DNA from: Bordetella parapertussis
Lineage (GTDB): Bacteria > Pseudomonadota > Gammaproteobacteria > Burkholderiales > Burkholderiaceae_D
DNA: 64,000 nt
Direction: 5' to 3'
Assembly (NCBI GenBank): GCA_945866125.1
Contig: CAMBFZ010000019.1
Location: 53 to 64,052 of the forward strand
Shown in pieces: positions 38,091 to 46,929 of the stretch. Position 1 is the first letter of the stretch; every line of letters starts with the position of its first letter. The notes beneath the pieces were generated by a model, which searched no databases, had not been told where the DNA came from, and saw nothing but the letters and a program-made list of their open reading frames with translations. The position numbers and the translations under genes were made by a program.

Positions 38091-39413
38091 CTAGGCCGTT
38101 GTACCGCGAATAAACAAGACGATCCCGCTTGGCTTGACAATGGCACCGGCGCGACCGGAAGGTCCAATGACGAGCCGGCTCTCCGGTTTTAGCAGCTCGG
38201 CACCGGGCAGGATTTCATACAGCATCACGCCAGGTAGACTACGCAGTTGTAATTCCTCGGCGGCGAGTATGTGGGTGCGCTTCAGACCCAGAATACGTTT
38301 TTCCCGATGCTCGGCGAAGGCGTGGTTGGCACCAATGACGGCGCTCTCCATCCAATCTTCGATCTCGGTGGCAGATTGGCCTTTGACCCCGATGATCAGA
38401 CGGTTTTTGATCCACTCGGGCTGCATCGCCAACTCATACACCCCATTGGTCCAGGCGAAGCCGACTTCACGATAATCCTGGCTCACTTCACTCAGGTTTT
38501 CTTCAATCTCTTTGAGTAAAGGTACAAAGCTGCGGTGCGGGTGCCCATGATCATAGGGCGGCGGCAACGTGGGCAAGGTGCCAGGCCGCAGCAGCGATAA
38601 CGGCCCCAGTAGGTTGCACAGCGCTAGATAGAGCGGGTAGGGACCGAGCGAAGGACTTTGTAGCAGCGCTTCAAGCCCCGGCATGGCGGGCACTAGGCAA
38701 CTCAAGCGATGCATGATCAGTGGACGTTCAGCGCGCTGCTCTGTGGCGGACATGCCAGCGGCCTGGCGCGCAAGAAAAGCGGCCTTACTCCGCAGCGATA
38801 CGACTAAATGGCGCACCGTGTTGAGTAATTCGGGCGACGCTGCGACATCCAGCAATTCGGGCAGCTCTGGCCCGAGCTTCATCACGCCGTCATCTTCGAT
38901 CACGCTGCCCAAGCGCATGCTGACGTAGGCGGCTGACGGCACATCGCCCGCAGCGAGGCTTAAGTTATGGACCAGCCGTGGAATATCCGCCGGCATCGCG
39001 TCTGACACTTCGTCTTGCACTGGCGAGGAAGCGACAGATATAAAGCGGGCGGGCAGTGCTGGTTGCGTCATCTGACGCGAGACTGGCAGACAAAGGTAAA
39101 TAGGGAGCGGACCTTCGGCTAGGGTCGACGTAAAATCATCAAGACGCATCGACAATTCGATGGCGGCAGGATCATTGGCATCGAGGTGCACTGCGGTGCC
39201 GTCAGGCAGCAAGGCATCGAGCTCAAGCACGCGCAACAATCCTGATGCGAGCAGGCCAAGATCAAATTTAAGACGCTTGACCCCCCAGCTGTAAGGCGTT
39301 GTGGCCAGAGTGTGCCAAGCGATTAAGCTATCGACGCGTGCGGACTCTACTTGAAAATGCTGCGGCGAGAGCATCATGCCCTCGTGCCACTGTATCCGAT
39401 CGGGGGATTTCAT
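38091..39413 (-). CDS. tssK: Type VI secretion baseplate subunit TssK
   Basis: It carries the IQWHEGMMLSPQHFQ signature near the N-terminus. The ORF opens at a TTG (39455), but the first in-frame ATG (39413) follows AAAGGGA, so the start is uncertain. Confidence 0.85.
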   Translation of the reverse strand: MKSPDRIQWHEGMMLSPQHFQVESARVDSLIAWHTLATTPYSWGVKRLKFDLGLLASGLLRVLELDALLPDGTAVHLDANDPAAIELSMRLDDFTSTLAEGPLPIYLCLPVSRQMTQPALPARFISVASSPVQDEVSDAMPADIPRLVHNLSLAAGDVPSAAYVSMRLGSVIEDDGVMKLGPELPELLDVAASPELLNTVRHLVVSLRSKAAFLARQAAGMSATEQRAERPLIMHRLSCLVPAMPGLEALLQSPSLGPYPLYLALCNLLGPLSLLRPGTLPTLPPPYDHGHPHRSFVPLLKEIEENLSEVSQDYREVGFAWTNGVYELAMQPEWIKNRLIIGVKGQSATEIEDWMESAVIGANHAFAEHREKRILGLKRTHILAAEELQLRSLPGVMLYEILPGAELLKPESRLVIGPSGRAGAIVKPSGIVLFIRGTTA

Positions 39414-39457
39414 AGAACGCGTCCCTTTGTGTTCGTTGTTTTCTTCATGGTGCAATT

Positions 39458-39940
39458 CTATTTCTGCTGAGCGCCAGCGGAGAAATCGTTGGCCTCGAAT
39501 TCTAATCGAATGCGACCTTCTAACTCATCAAGCCGAACCCGGTGTTCGCCCTGGGCAAAATAATCAGCAAAGCCAATAACGGCAAATACCTGCTTCTCGC
39601 AGAAGGGTTTGCCCGGCACGGTCTTGGACTCGCCTGGCGCTAACTCCCAGCTCCGGCTATGTAAGGCATTGGGATAAGTTTTGAGCAAACTATCTTTTGC
39701 CGCAAACCAGTCTGCTGCTTTCATCCCGAGTATTTTGTCAACCAAGGCCGGCTCATAAATTGTGACGATATCGACCGCTAACGGGAAATTCATATTGATC
39801 GCCGGCGGCATATTAAACGTGACGGTATCCCACTTGAGCGCCTTCCCGGGCGGAACGACAGCGTTTTTTACGCTTTGAAAAACACTACAGCCTACTAACA
39901 GCAGACCGGCGAGTAGTGTGATTGCTGTGCGCATTGTCAT
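39458..39940 (-). CDS. tssJ: Type VI secretion lipoprotein TssJ
   Basis: MTMRTAITLLAGLLLVGCSVF contains a lipobox. At 160 aa and positioned upstream of tssK, tssL and tssM, it fits TssJ. Confidence 0.75.
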   Translation of the reverse strand: MTMRTAITLLAGLLLVGCSVFQSVKNAVVPPGKALKWDTVTFNMPPAINMNFPLAVDIVTIYEPALVDKILGMKAADWFAAKDSLLKTYPNALHSRSWELAPGESKTVPGKPFCEKQVFAVIGFADYFAQGEHRVRLDELEGRIRLEFEANDFSAGAQQK

Positions 39941-40140
39941 GGCTTGCTGGCGGGCGCTGGCGCCGATTTTTCAGTGGCTGTCGTCGCGACCATTTGGGGA
40001 GTCTGTTTTTCACTCGTCTCTATCAGCACCGAGCGCCGTCCTATTTCAAAACCAAACAACACCAGCAATGCCATGGCCAACAACACGCAGATAACGCAAA
40101 TGGTAATCAGGCGCGGCGTAAGAGAAAGATTGAGATTCAT
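39937..40140 (-). CDS. 67-aa single-pass membrane protein, translationally coupled between the DUF4280 gene and tssJ
   Basis: ATGA overlaps occur at both ends (40137-40140 and 39937-39940). The sequence is MNLNLSLTPRLITICVICVLLAMALLVLFGF... with a polar A/P/T-rich tail. Confidence 0.55.
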   Translation of the reverse strand: MNLNLSLTPRLITICVICVLLAMALLVLFGFEIGRRSVLIETSEKQTPQMVATTATEKSAPAPASKP

Positions 40141-40526
40141 GCGACCTCCACCGTCATTTGTCCCGGCATTGAAATTTCGATGGAGCCCGCCCACATGCAG
40201 TCGAGCTTGCAGGTGTCTTGCAACGCGGCCATATTGGCGATTTTGACCGTGGGCGAACCCGGGCTCCAGGGTGCGACCGTCATCGGTATGCAGGGCATCG
40301 GCGTCAATGCGCCAAGCGCGGCCGCAGTAGCTGCCGCCACCATTGGATTGGCCATCGATTTGCACATGCCGAAGGGCAGAATATTGAGCATCGGAATATT
40401 GTCCATCACGGTTGCCGCAGGCATGCCCGTCATGACCGCGTTAGCCGGCAATACCATCAAGGTACCGGGCGCCAGTCCCATTGAGCATTTGAGCATTGCA
40501 CCACCGCAGACTTGTTTGGGCATCAT
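40137..40526 (-). CDS. DUF4280 (PAAR-like) domain protein
   Basis: MMPKQVCGGAMLKCSMGLAPGTLMVLP...NILPFGMCKSMANPMVAAATAAALGALTPMPCIPMTVAPWSPGSPTVKI...CMWAGSIEISMPGQ matches the conserved DUF4280 pattern. Confidence 0.85.
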   Translation of the reverse strand: MMPKQVCGGAMLKCSMGLAPGTLMVLPANAVMTGMPAATVMDNIPMLNILPFGMCKSMANPMVAAATAAALGALTPMPCIPMTVAPWSPGSPTVKIANMAALQDTCKLDCMWAGSIEISMPGQMTVEVA

Positions 40527-41146
40527 TACCCCCTAAAAATGGATTCGATCCGACCGGCCAGCGTGGTTTTGCCATCTGCATCAGCCGGTCGTCCTTTTTG
40601 ATCAAAACGCTCTATGTCGCCCACGCGCTGACCTTTTTCGTACTGTGTGCGCTCCATCAGATTGCCGTTTTTCCAATAGTTGCAAAGCGCACCATCGAGC
40701 AGATCATTTTTATACGCGGCGCTTTGCGATACATCGCCTTCGCTGGTGAAGTCCTCGGTCAGGCCTTCACGCAGACCCGCCTGGTAACGCGCAATCCGTA
40801 TCAATTGTCCTTGCGAAAAATATCGCGCCTCGCCTTGCAGGCGACCCGCTTCATAAAATAGCTCTGCTGCGATCATGCCAGGCGGGCCGTAAATCACGGC
40901 TGGCCCATCGAGGACATCATTTTTATATTGCTGCTGCATCAGCAGGCCATGTGCTGAATAAATCGCGCAGCTGCCATTGCGCTTACCACCCGCATAGTGC
41001 GTCTTTTGTTCCAAATTCCCGTTCGCGTCGTAGCTTAAGCTTTCGCCATCGAGCTGCCCTTCACGCAAGACCAGCTCGTGACGCGGGTTACCGTCATCAC
41101 CATGGATGGTCAGGTTGTCGGTTTCAGTGGCGGTGGTGTCGGTCAT
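40526..41146 (-). CDS. MORN-repeat variant (YwqK-like) protein
   Basis: 206-aa ORF with repeated G-x-(x)-Y-x-x-(N/G)-G-x-L units (YDANGNLEQKTHYAGGKRNG, NYWKNGNLMERTQYEKGQRVG). It starts 4 nt after the vgrG stop and shares 1 nt with the DUF4280 start. Confidence 0.75.
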   Translation of the reverse strand: MTDTTATETDNLTIHGDDGNPRHELVLREGQLDGESLSYDANGNLEQKTHYAGGKRNGSCAIYSAHGLLMQQQYKNDVLDGPAVIYGPPGMIAAELFYEAGRLQGEARYFSQGQLIRIARYQAGLREGLTEDFTSEGDVSQSAAYKNDLLDGALCNYWKNGNLMERTQYEKGQRVGDIERFDQKGRPADADGKTTLAGRIESIFRG

Positions 41147-41150
41147 GTCA

Positions 41151-43250
41151 TTAATTGATTTTTACCATGCCGCCCTTGATGGTCGTTGTGCCACCACCGT
41201 CCATATCATGCGATGCGGATGCCTTGCTCGCGATCGACAATGCTTCGATCTTGAGACTAGCGCCCGACTTAATGCTAAACGCCGCCGCTGATTCTGCAGA
41301 GAGCGCGTCGCCTGACTTTATCGTCATGGCGGCCCCGGAACTAATCGACATGGCCGCACCGGATTTAAAGGTAATTTTGCCGGCCACATCAAAGCTCAGA
41401 TCACCATCAACTTTTAATGTGACGTTGCCGGTGATGGTTTGCGTCATATCTTTGGTGACTGACAGCGCCAGATTGCCCGCCACGCTGTGCGTCAGGTTCG
41501 CGCCATTGGTGTGCGTTTCGTCGCCATCAACAGTTACTTTGCGGGTGGCAGCAACGGTGTGCGTTTCATTACCGGCACTCACTGCGATGCTTCGGTCGCC
41601 TTTGGTGATGGTGCGGGCTTCATTGCCTTCTTCCACCAGCAGGGTGCGGTTACCTTTTTTGATGGTACGTGTCTCATTGCCCAGATAAAGCGTGCTGTCG
41701 AGATCGTTTTCGATATCGACTTTCATGTCTTTTTGCGCATGAAAATAAAACTGTTCGCTGCCTTGCTTATCTTCCATGCGCATCTCGTTACCATCGATGC
41801 GGTCGCTGCTATCTTTCACATTGCCAGATTTGGTATTGCCGTCGCCGGTTTTGGTTGGGCGCGACCGGATCACGCTCTGCGTTTGCATTGCCGGCAGAGC
41901 GACCGGCGTGGCACGCTCGCCGTTATAAACCGAGCCTGTGATGATGGGACGGTTTGGATCGCCATCAATGTAGCTGACGATCACTTCTTGCCCGATGCGC
42001 GGAATGAACATGCTGCCCCAGCCGTTGCCGGCCCAGGTTTGCGACACGCGTACCCAGCAGGAGCTGGTGTCGTCTTTAGCCGCGGACTGATCCCAGTAAA
42101 ACTTTACCTTGATACGTCCCAGCGCATCAGTCCAGATTTCTTCGCCATCAGGCCCGACGACTAAAGCGGATTGGCTGCCGGCCACGACGGGTCGGGCCGT
42201 GCGGCGAGGTGGACGGAATACAGTTGTTGCCGGATGCGCTTCGAAATGGTTGGTATAGCTCTCGTTATCTGCCCGATGGGTAACGGCACGTAGCGCATAG
42301 CGGATGTTGAGCTTGGCATTGGCGTGCTCGGTCAGACTAAACGCACCACCGGCGGTCAAGGTGCAGCACAGGCTGTCACCCACGGCAGTCAAGGCATCAG
42401 CCTGACCCTCTTGCAGACGCAGTCCGGTGGATTTTGTGCCATCGGCGACGATCTGATAGTGGCCGGGATACTCATAAATACTGCCGGTGACGATCTTGCC
42501 GCTGCCAGCCGTTGAGCTGGCCGCCAAGGCAGTACTCGGTGTGTTGTAAGCGTAGTCGGATGCGGTGAAGGTTTGGGTTACCAGCTGGCCGCTTGATTCG
42601 AACCGTAGCACGCTGTCGGCCCATTCGCGGGTATCGTTGCGGCCGCGGAAAATCAAGGCGCTCGCCTGCGGGCAATCGACATGCGCGCTCGCGCTGTCGG
42701 CTAGCACCAGCGTGTGGCTGCTCGCGGTGAAGGTGAAAAAATAAAAAATGCCTTCTTCTTCCATTAAGCGCGACACAAAATCTAAGGGCGATTCATCGTA
42801 TTGCACGCAGTATTCACGTACTGCATAGGTGCCCTGCAATTTTTTCTCGACCGTGATGCTGTAGCGGCTCAGCACCGCATCGATGATGTCAGTAGCGCTC
42901 TGATTTTGAAAAATGACCCGGTCGCGGCTGAGTGAAAGCAGCCACAAGGCCGGCACCATCTCGGCGGTGTAATACGCAAACTGTGCGTCCAGACCGGATT
43001 GCGTAAAGCGGGCAATCACGCCGTGAAAAAAACGTTCTACCCCAGTGGCGTGACGCACCGTGACGGTGACGGTCGTGCCAACGATGGTCGTCGGATCGAT
43101 ACTGCTGTTGGACGACTTCATGGCCAGGTTAAAGCGAAACGGCTGAGATAAAGTTTCGGTGCCGGTGAAGCTGTCTAAGAGCAGTACGTCAGCGCCAAGC
43201 GAGGTCGTCATCGACAGCATTGCTTTGTCTTGTGTGAAGCCGTCTCTCAT
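41151..43250 (-). CDS. vgrG: Type VI secretion spike protein VgrG (TssI)
   Basis: 699-aa ORF. It has the N-terminal LLLDSFTGTETLSQPFRFNLAMKS, the gp27/gp5-like core IPRIGQEVIVSYIDGDPNRPIITGSVYN, a C-terminal beta-helix repeat, and ends GGMVKIN. Confidence 0.92.
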   Translation of the reverse strand: MRDGFTQDKAMLSMTTSLGADVLLLDSFTGTETLSQPFRFNLAMKSSNSSIDPTTIVGTTVTVTVRHATGVERFFHGVIARFTQSGLDAQFAYYTAEMVPALWLLSLSRDRVIFQNQSATDIIDAVLSRYSITVEKKLQGTYAVREYCVQYDESPLDFVSRLMEEEGIFYFFTFTASSHTLVLADSASAHVDCPQASALIFRGRNDTREWADSVLRFESSGQLVTQTFTASDYAYNTPSTALAASSTAGSGKIVTGSIYEYPGHYQIVADGTKSTGLRLQEGQADALTAVGDSLCCTLTAGGAFSLTEHANAKLNIRYALRAVTHRADNESYTNHFEAHPATTVFRPPRRTARPVVAGSQSALVVGPDGEEIWTDALGRIKVKFYWDQSAAKDDTSSCWVRVSQTWAGNGWGSMFIPRIGQEVIVSYIDGDPNRPIITGSVYNGERATPVALPAMQTQSVIRSRPTKTGDGNTKSGNVKDSSDRIDGNEMRMEDKQGSEQFYFHAQKDMKVDIENDLDSTLYLGNETRTIKKGNRTLLVEEGNEARTITKGDRSIAVSAGNETHTVAATRKVTVDGDETHTNGANLTHSVAGNLALSVTKDMTQTITGNVTLKVDGDLSFDVAGKITFKSGAAMSISSGAAMTIKSGDALSAESAAAFSIKSGASLKIEALSIASKASASHDMDGGGTTTIKGGMVKIN

Positions 43251-45907
43251 GATGCGGCCTCCGCATCAGTGAGCGTAAAACAAAATTCGCCTTGCGCATC
43301 GAGGCTGAGGTGCACTGCGCTAAACGGCGCGTGCGCCGCAATGCGCTGCAACACTGCCGAGGCCAGCTCAGGCAATAGCGTCTGCGTGACGATATGATCA
43401 ATATTGCGGGCGCCGCTTTCGACTTCGGTACAACGCGCAGCAATCGCACTGCTCACTGACGCATCCCAGATAAATTGCGCACCATGATTGGACAGCACAC
43501 GGGCGGCGAGTTGCGCCAGCTTGAGCCCGACAATTCGCTGTATCTGCGCGTCTGCCATCGGACGATACGGCACGATGACCACGCGGCCTAAAAAGGCGCT
43601 CGGAAATTGTTCAAGCAGAGCAGGGCGCAAGGCCTCAACAACGGCAGCGGTGCTGGCTGCGGGCTGGCGCGTGCAAGTGTCAACGACTACATCTTGTGCC
43701 GCGTTCGAGGTCAGCAAGATGAGCGTATTACGGAAATCAATCAGCGTGCCCTCGGCGTCTTCCATCACGCCCTTGTCGAACACCTGGAAAAATAATTCCA
43801 GCACATCCGGATGCGCTTTTTCCATTTCGTCGAGCAGCACCAGACTGTAGGGTTGGCGCCGCACTGCCTCGGTTAATACGCCCCCTTTGCCATAGCCGAC
43901 ATAGCCGGGTGGCGCACCTTTGAGGCCAGAGACCGAATGGGCTTCCTGGAATTCGGACATATTGACCGTGACCATATGCTGCTGGCCGCCAAAGAGCAGA
44001 TCAGCGAGCTGGCACGCGGTTTCGGTTTTGCCCACGCCGCTGGGGCCGACTAGCAAAAATACACCGACCGGTTTGGAGGGATCGTCAAGGCCGGCCCGAT
44101 AGGTCCGGATGCGGCGGGTGATGGTGTCGAGCGCGTCGTCTTGTCCGACGATGCGCTCACGTAGCCGGTCGTGCAGATTTAGCACTGCCTGGTGTTCGTC
44201 GTCGAGCATGCGGCCCACCGGGATCCCGGTCCAGCTGGCAATCACCGCAGCGACGCTACCCGCGTCGACGGCTGCCGGCACCAGCGCGCGCTCGCCTTGC
44301 AACGCGCGTAGTTCAGCTTCAAGCCGCTTGAGTTCGGTACTGTCGTCAGCTGCGGCGCTGCCGCTGCCGCTGTCAGTGCCGTGATCGGCATGCGCGCGGG
44401 TCTTTGCGCGGCACGCAACAATCGCCTCCACCAAACCGCGTTCGGCAGACAGCCGCGCTTGCAGGGTTTCCTGTTCGGCCTTGGCGGCTTGCAGCGCGGC
44501 TTGTGCATCGGCAATCGCCTGGCGGTGGTCTTGTCCGGCGGCCGCTTCGCGTTGATGAATGCGCAGCTGATGACCAATGTCTTCAATGCGCCGCGTAATA
44601 GATTCAATCCCTTCAGGCACGCCGGCCTGGGCCTGCGCGACGCGTGCGCAGGCGGTATCCAAAATACTGATCGCTTTGTCGGGCAACTGGCGCCCAGTGA
44701 TGAAGCGGTGGGACAGGCGCACCGCTTCGCGCACGGCGATATCAAGGATTTGCACGTTATGGTGGGCTTCCAGGCTCTCGACTATGCCGCGCAACATATC
44801 CGTGGCGACTGCTTCCGTGGGTTCGGCGACCTTGACTACCTGAAATCGGCGCGCCAGAGCCGGATCACGCTCGACATATTTTTTGTACTCGGCCCAGGTC
44901 GTCGCGGCAATGGTGCGCAACTCGCCGCGTGCCAAGGCCGGCTTGAGCAGATTGGCTGCATCACCGGCGCCTTCGCTGCCACCGGCACCGATCAGCTGAT
45001 GGGCTTCATCAATGAACAGCACTATGGGCGTGACCGACGCTTTGACTTCGGCGATGACCATCTTCAAACGGTTTTCAAATTCACCTTTGACGCCGGCGCC
45101 TGCTTGCAGCAAGCCTAAATCGAGCATGCGTACTGAAATGCCTTGCAGCGCAGGCGGCACGTCGCCCCGTACGATTTTTTGTGCAAAGCCCTCTACCACG
45201 GCAGTTTTGCCGACCCCGGCCTCACCGGTCAGAATGGGATTGTTTTGCCGTCTACGCAGCAAAATTTCGATTAGCTGCCGTACTTCCAGGTCGCGGCCAC
45301 GAATGGTGTCGAACTTGCCGGCAGCGGCCAAGGCCGTGAGGTCAATAGTGAATTGATCAAGCGCCGGCGTGGTCGCTTTGCTGTGTCGCGTGGCCGCGGC
45401 CGGGGTGCTTGCGGTGGCTGCGCTGGCTTTGCCTTCTTCGAGCCCGGCCACGAGGGTGGGTAGCGTGTTACGCAAGGCCTCACGCGGGATTTGTAACAGG
45501 CTCGGTGCGGAGTCGACGAGCAGACCGCGCAGTGTGTCGCTCTCTAGCGCAGCGAGCAAAATGGCACCGGAACGTATCTGCTGCTCGCCCAGCGCCACCG
45601 AGCTAATGACCCAGGCCTGTTCAAGCAAGGCGGGTACTTGATTTGAGATGACGGGTGTTCGGCCGTTGCCGCGTTTGAACCCATCAAGTGCGGTTTGCAG
45701 TTGCGTCGTGACGCGCTCTGGCGCGATGGCGAAGTGATCCAGGATCACCCGCAGATCGCTTGCCGGGGTTTCCAGCAAACGAATAAGAAGGTGCTCGGGG
45801 TCGACGCTGAAATGCGTTTGCTGTGCGCACAGCTCGGCGGCACGCTCCATCGCGTCGCGACAGGGGCGGTTGAGCCGCAGAATCAGGGTGCGCAGCTCGC
45901 TACTCAT
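43247..45907 (-). CDS. clpV: Type VI secretion ATPase TssH (ClpV)
   Basis: 886-aa ORF with two AAA+ modules (GEAGVGKTAVVEG and LLVGPSGVGKTE, plus Walker B LFIDEAH and LLDEMEKAH). Confidence 0.93.
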   Translation of the reverse strand: MSSELRTLILRLNRPCRDAMERAAELCAQQTHFSVDPEHLLIRLLETPASDLRVILDHFAIAPERVTTQLQTALDGFKRGNGRTPVISNQVPALLEQAWVISSVALGEQQIRSGAILLAALESDTLRGLLVDSAPSLLQIPREALRNTLPTLVAGLEEGKASAATASTPAAATRHSKATTPALDQFTIDLTALAAAGKFDTIRGRDLEVRQLIEILLRRRQNNPILTGEAGVGKTAVVEGFAQKIVRGDVPPALQGISVRMLDLGLLQAGAGVKGEFENRLKMVIAEVKASVTPIVLFIDEAHQLIGAGGSEGAGDAANLLKPALARGELRTIAATTWAEYKKYVERDPALARRFQVVKVAEPTEAVATDMLRGIVESLEAHHNVQILDIAVREAVRLSHRFITGRQLPDKAISILDTACARVAQAQAGVPEGIESITRRIEDIGHQLRIHQREAAAGQDHRQAIADAQAALQAAKAEQETLQARLSAERGLVEAIVACRAKTRAHADHGTDSGSGSAAADDSTELKRLEAELRALQGERALVPAAVDAGSVAAVIASWTGIPVGRMLDDEHQAVLNLHDRLRERIVGQDDALDTITRRIRTYRAGLDDPSKPVGVFLLVGPSGVGKTETACQLADLLFGGQQHMVTVNMSEFQEAHSVSGLKGAPPGYVGYGKGGVLTEAVRRQPYSLVLLDEMEKAHPDVLELFFQVFDKGVMEDAEGTLIDFRNTLILLTSNAAQDVVVDTCTRQPAASTAAVVEALRPALLEQFPSAFLGRVVIVPYRPMADAQIQRIVGLKLAQLAARVLSNHGAQFIWDASVSSAIAARCTEVESGARNIDHIVTQTLLPELASAVLQRIAAHAPFSAVHLSLDAQGEFCFTLTDAEAAS

Positions 45908-46929
45908 GCGCCACTTGCCTCGAAGCGGAAACGTGAGGGTGTCACACAGCGGGACTTGCCACTGGCTGCCGGGCCCGCCAGCCAGGCCGTCCAGCCTAGC
46001 TGCAATGGCGTGCGCGCCGATAGGCGGGCGGGCGGCAACGCGCTGGCGGCCGGAGTGAGAGCGACCTCAACCTTGGTATTAGCAGGTAAAAAGCGACGCA
46101 CCGACGCGCAAAATCCGGCGTGATCGGCCCCGCCGGGCAACAGGCTTTGTATCCGACTGATGTTCATCTCTTTGCTGCTAAGGCGAATGCCTGCTCCCTG
46201 ATCCCATACTTTTCTTCCTAATGTGGCACTCTGCCCCAGCACCGGTGCGCGACCGAGACTGCCTAAACCGGTCAGTTCATCGTTTTCGATACGGTGCCAG
46301 CCGCCGACAAATTGCTCACCCGTGACGGGCAGGGCAAAGCGATCTGAGAGCATCGTGGTCAAGCCCGCCATCGAGCGCGGAACGCCACCAAGCAGGCCGG
46401 CATGCCGAAGCCAGGGCGTGTGTTTGGTGCTGGACAGCGAGGGCGTAATGCCGAGTGCACACAACGCATCAGTGCATCTTGCCACAGAGGAAGCATTTGG
46501 GGAGCGCCAGCCGAGCCCGATCCGGTGTTTTTTTCTACCTAAATAAAACAGGCTGAGGAAACGATGCTGAAAAATATCGAGAAAATCGGCAGTCGCAAAG
46601 TCTTTGACGCTATTACGTTCCAACAGCATTTCCGTAAACGCCGCCGGCATGGCACCGGCTTGACCGAGCAAAGAGAGCACGGGTGAGGTCAAATGAAAAG
46701 CTTCACCGGTGGCGGCGCCTTCGCGGGCGCTGTAAACATCACTTGATTCAAAGCCGAGCGAGACGCGGCTGCTCAGTCGGACGGCTTCGGTGCTATCGGC
46801 TTGCCCAATTTCGCCAAAGCCACGTGCGACCCCTTCGCGCTCAAGCAAACTGATCGCCTGAAACAGATCAAAGCTCTCCGGTTTGGCCAATAAATTAGCG
46901 AGCAGGCCCTCTTTGACGTTGTCTGACAT
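45904..46929 (-). CDS. tssG: Type VI secretion baseplate subunit TssG
   Basis: ORF 45904..46977. The ATG at 46929 (MSDNVKEGLLANLLAKPESFDLFQAISLLER) shares 1 nt with the tssF stop. The FxLFQAxxLLE signature is present. Confidence 0.85.
   Translation of the reverse strand: MSDNVKEGLLANLLAKPESFDLFQAISLLEREGVARGFGEIGQADSTEAVRLSSRVSLGFESSDVYSAREGAATGEAFHLTSPVLSLLGQAGAMPAAFTEMLLERNSVKDFATADFLDIFQHRFLSLFYLGRKKHRIGLGWRSPNASSVARCTDALCALGITPSLSSTKHTPWLRHAGLLGGVPRSMAGLTTMLSDRFALPVTGEQFVGGWHRIENDELTGLGSLGRAPVLGQSATLGRKVWDQGAGIRLSSKEMNISRIQSLLPGGADHAGFCASVRRFLPANTKVEVALTPAASALPPARLSARTPLQLGWTAWLAGPAASGKSRCVTPSRFRFEASGA

Noticed and set aside
39937-40365. 142-aa minus-strand ORF extending the small TM protein upstream across the DUF4280 gene
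   Set aside because: The upstream 75 codons overlap the well-supported DUF4280 frame. The ATGA-coupled internal start at 40140 gives a coherent 67-aa membrane peptide, so only that part is retained.
39922-40536. 204-aa plus-strand ORF across the tssJ / small TM / DUF4280 junction
   Set aside because: It is antisense to three coupled T6SS-operon genes and has no motif support.
41155-42164. Plus-strand ORFs (41155..41688, 41487..42164) antisense to vgrG, and 44381..45118 antisense to clpV
   Set aside because: They overlap canonical T6SS genes on the other strand. Their repetitive translations simply mirror the VgrG beta-helix repeats.
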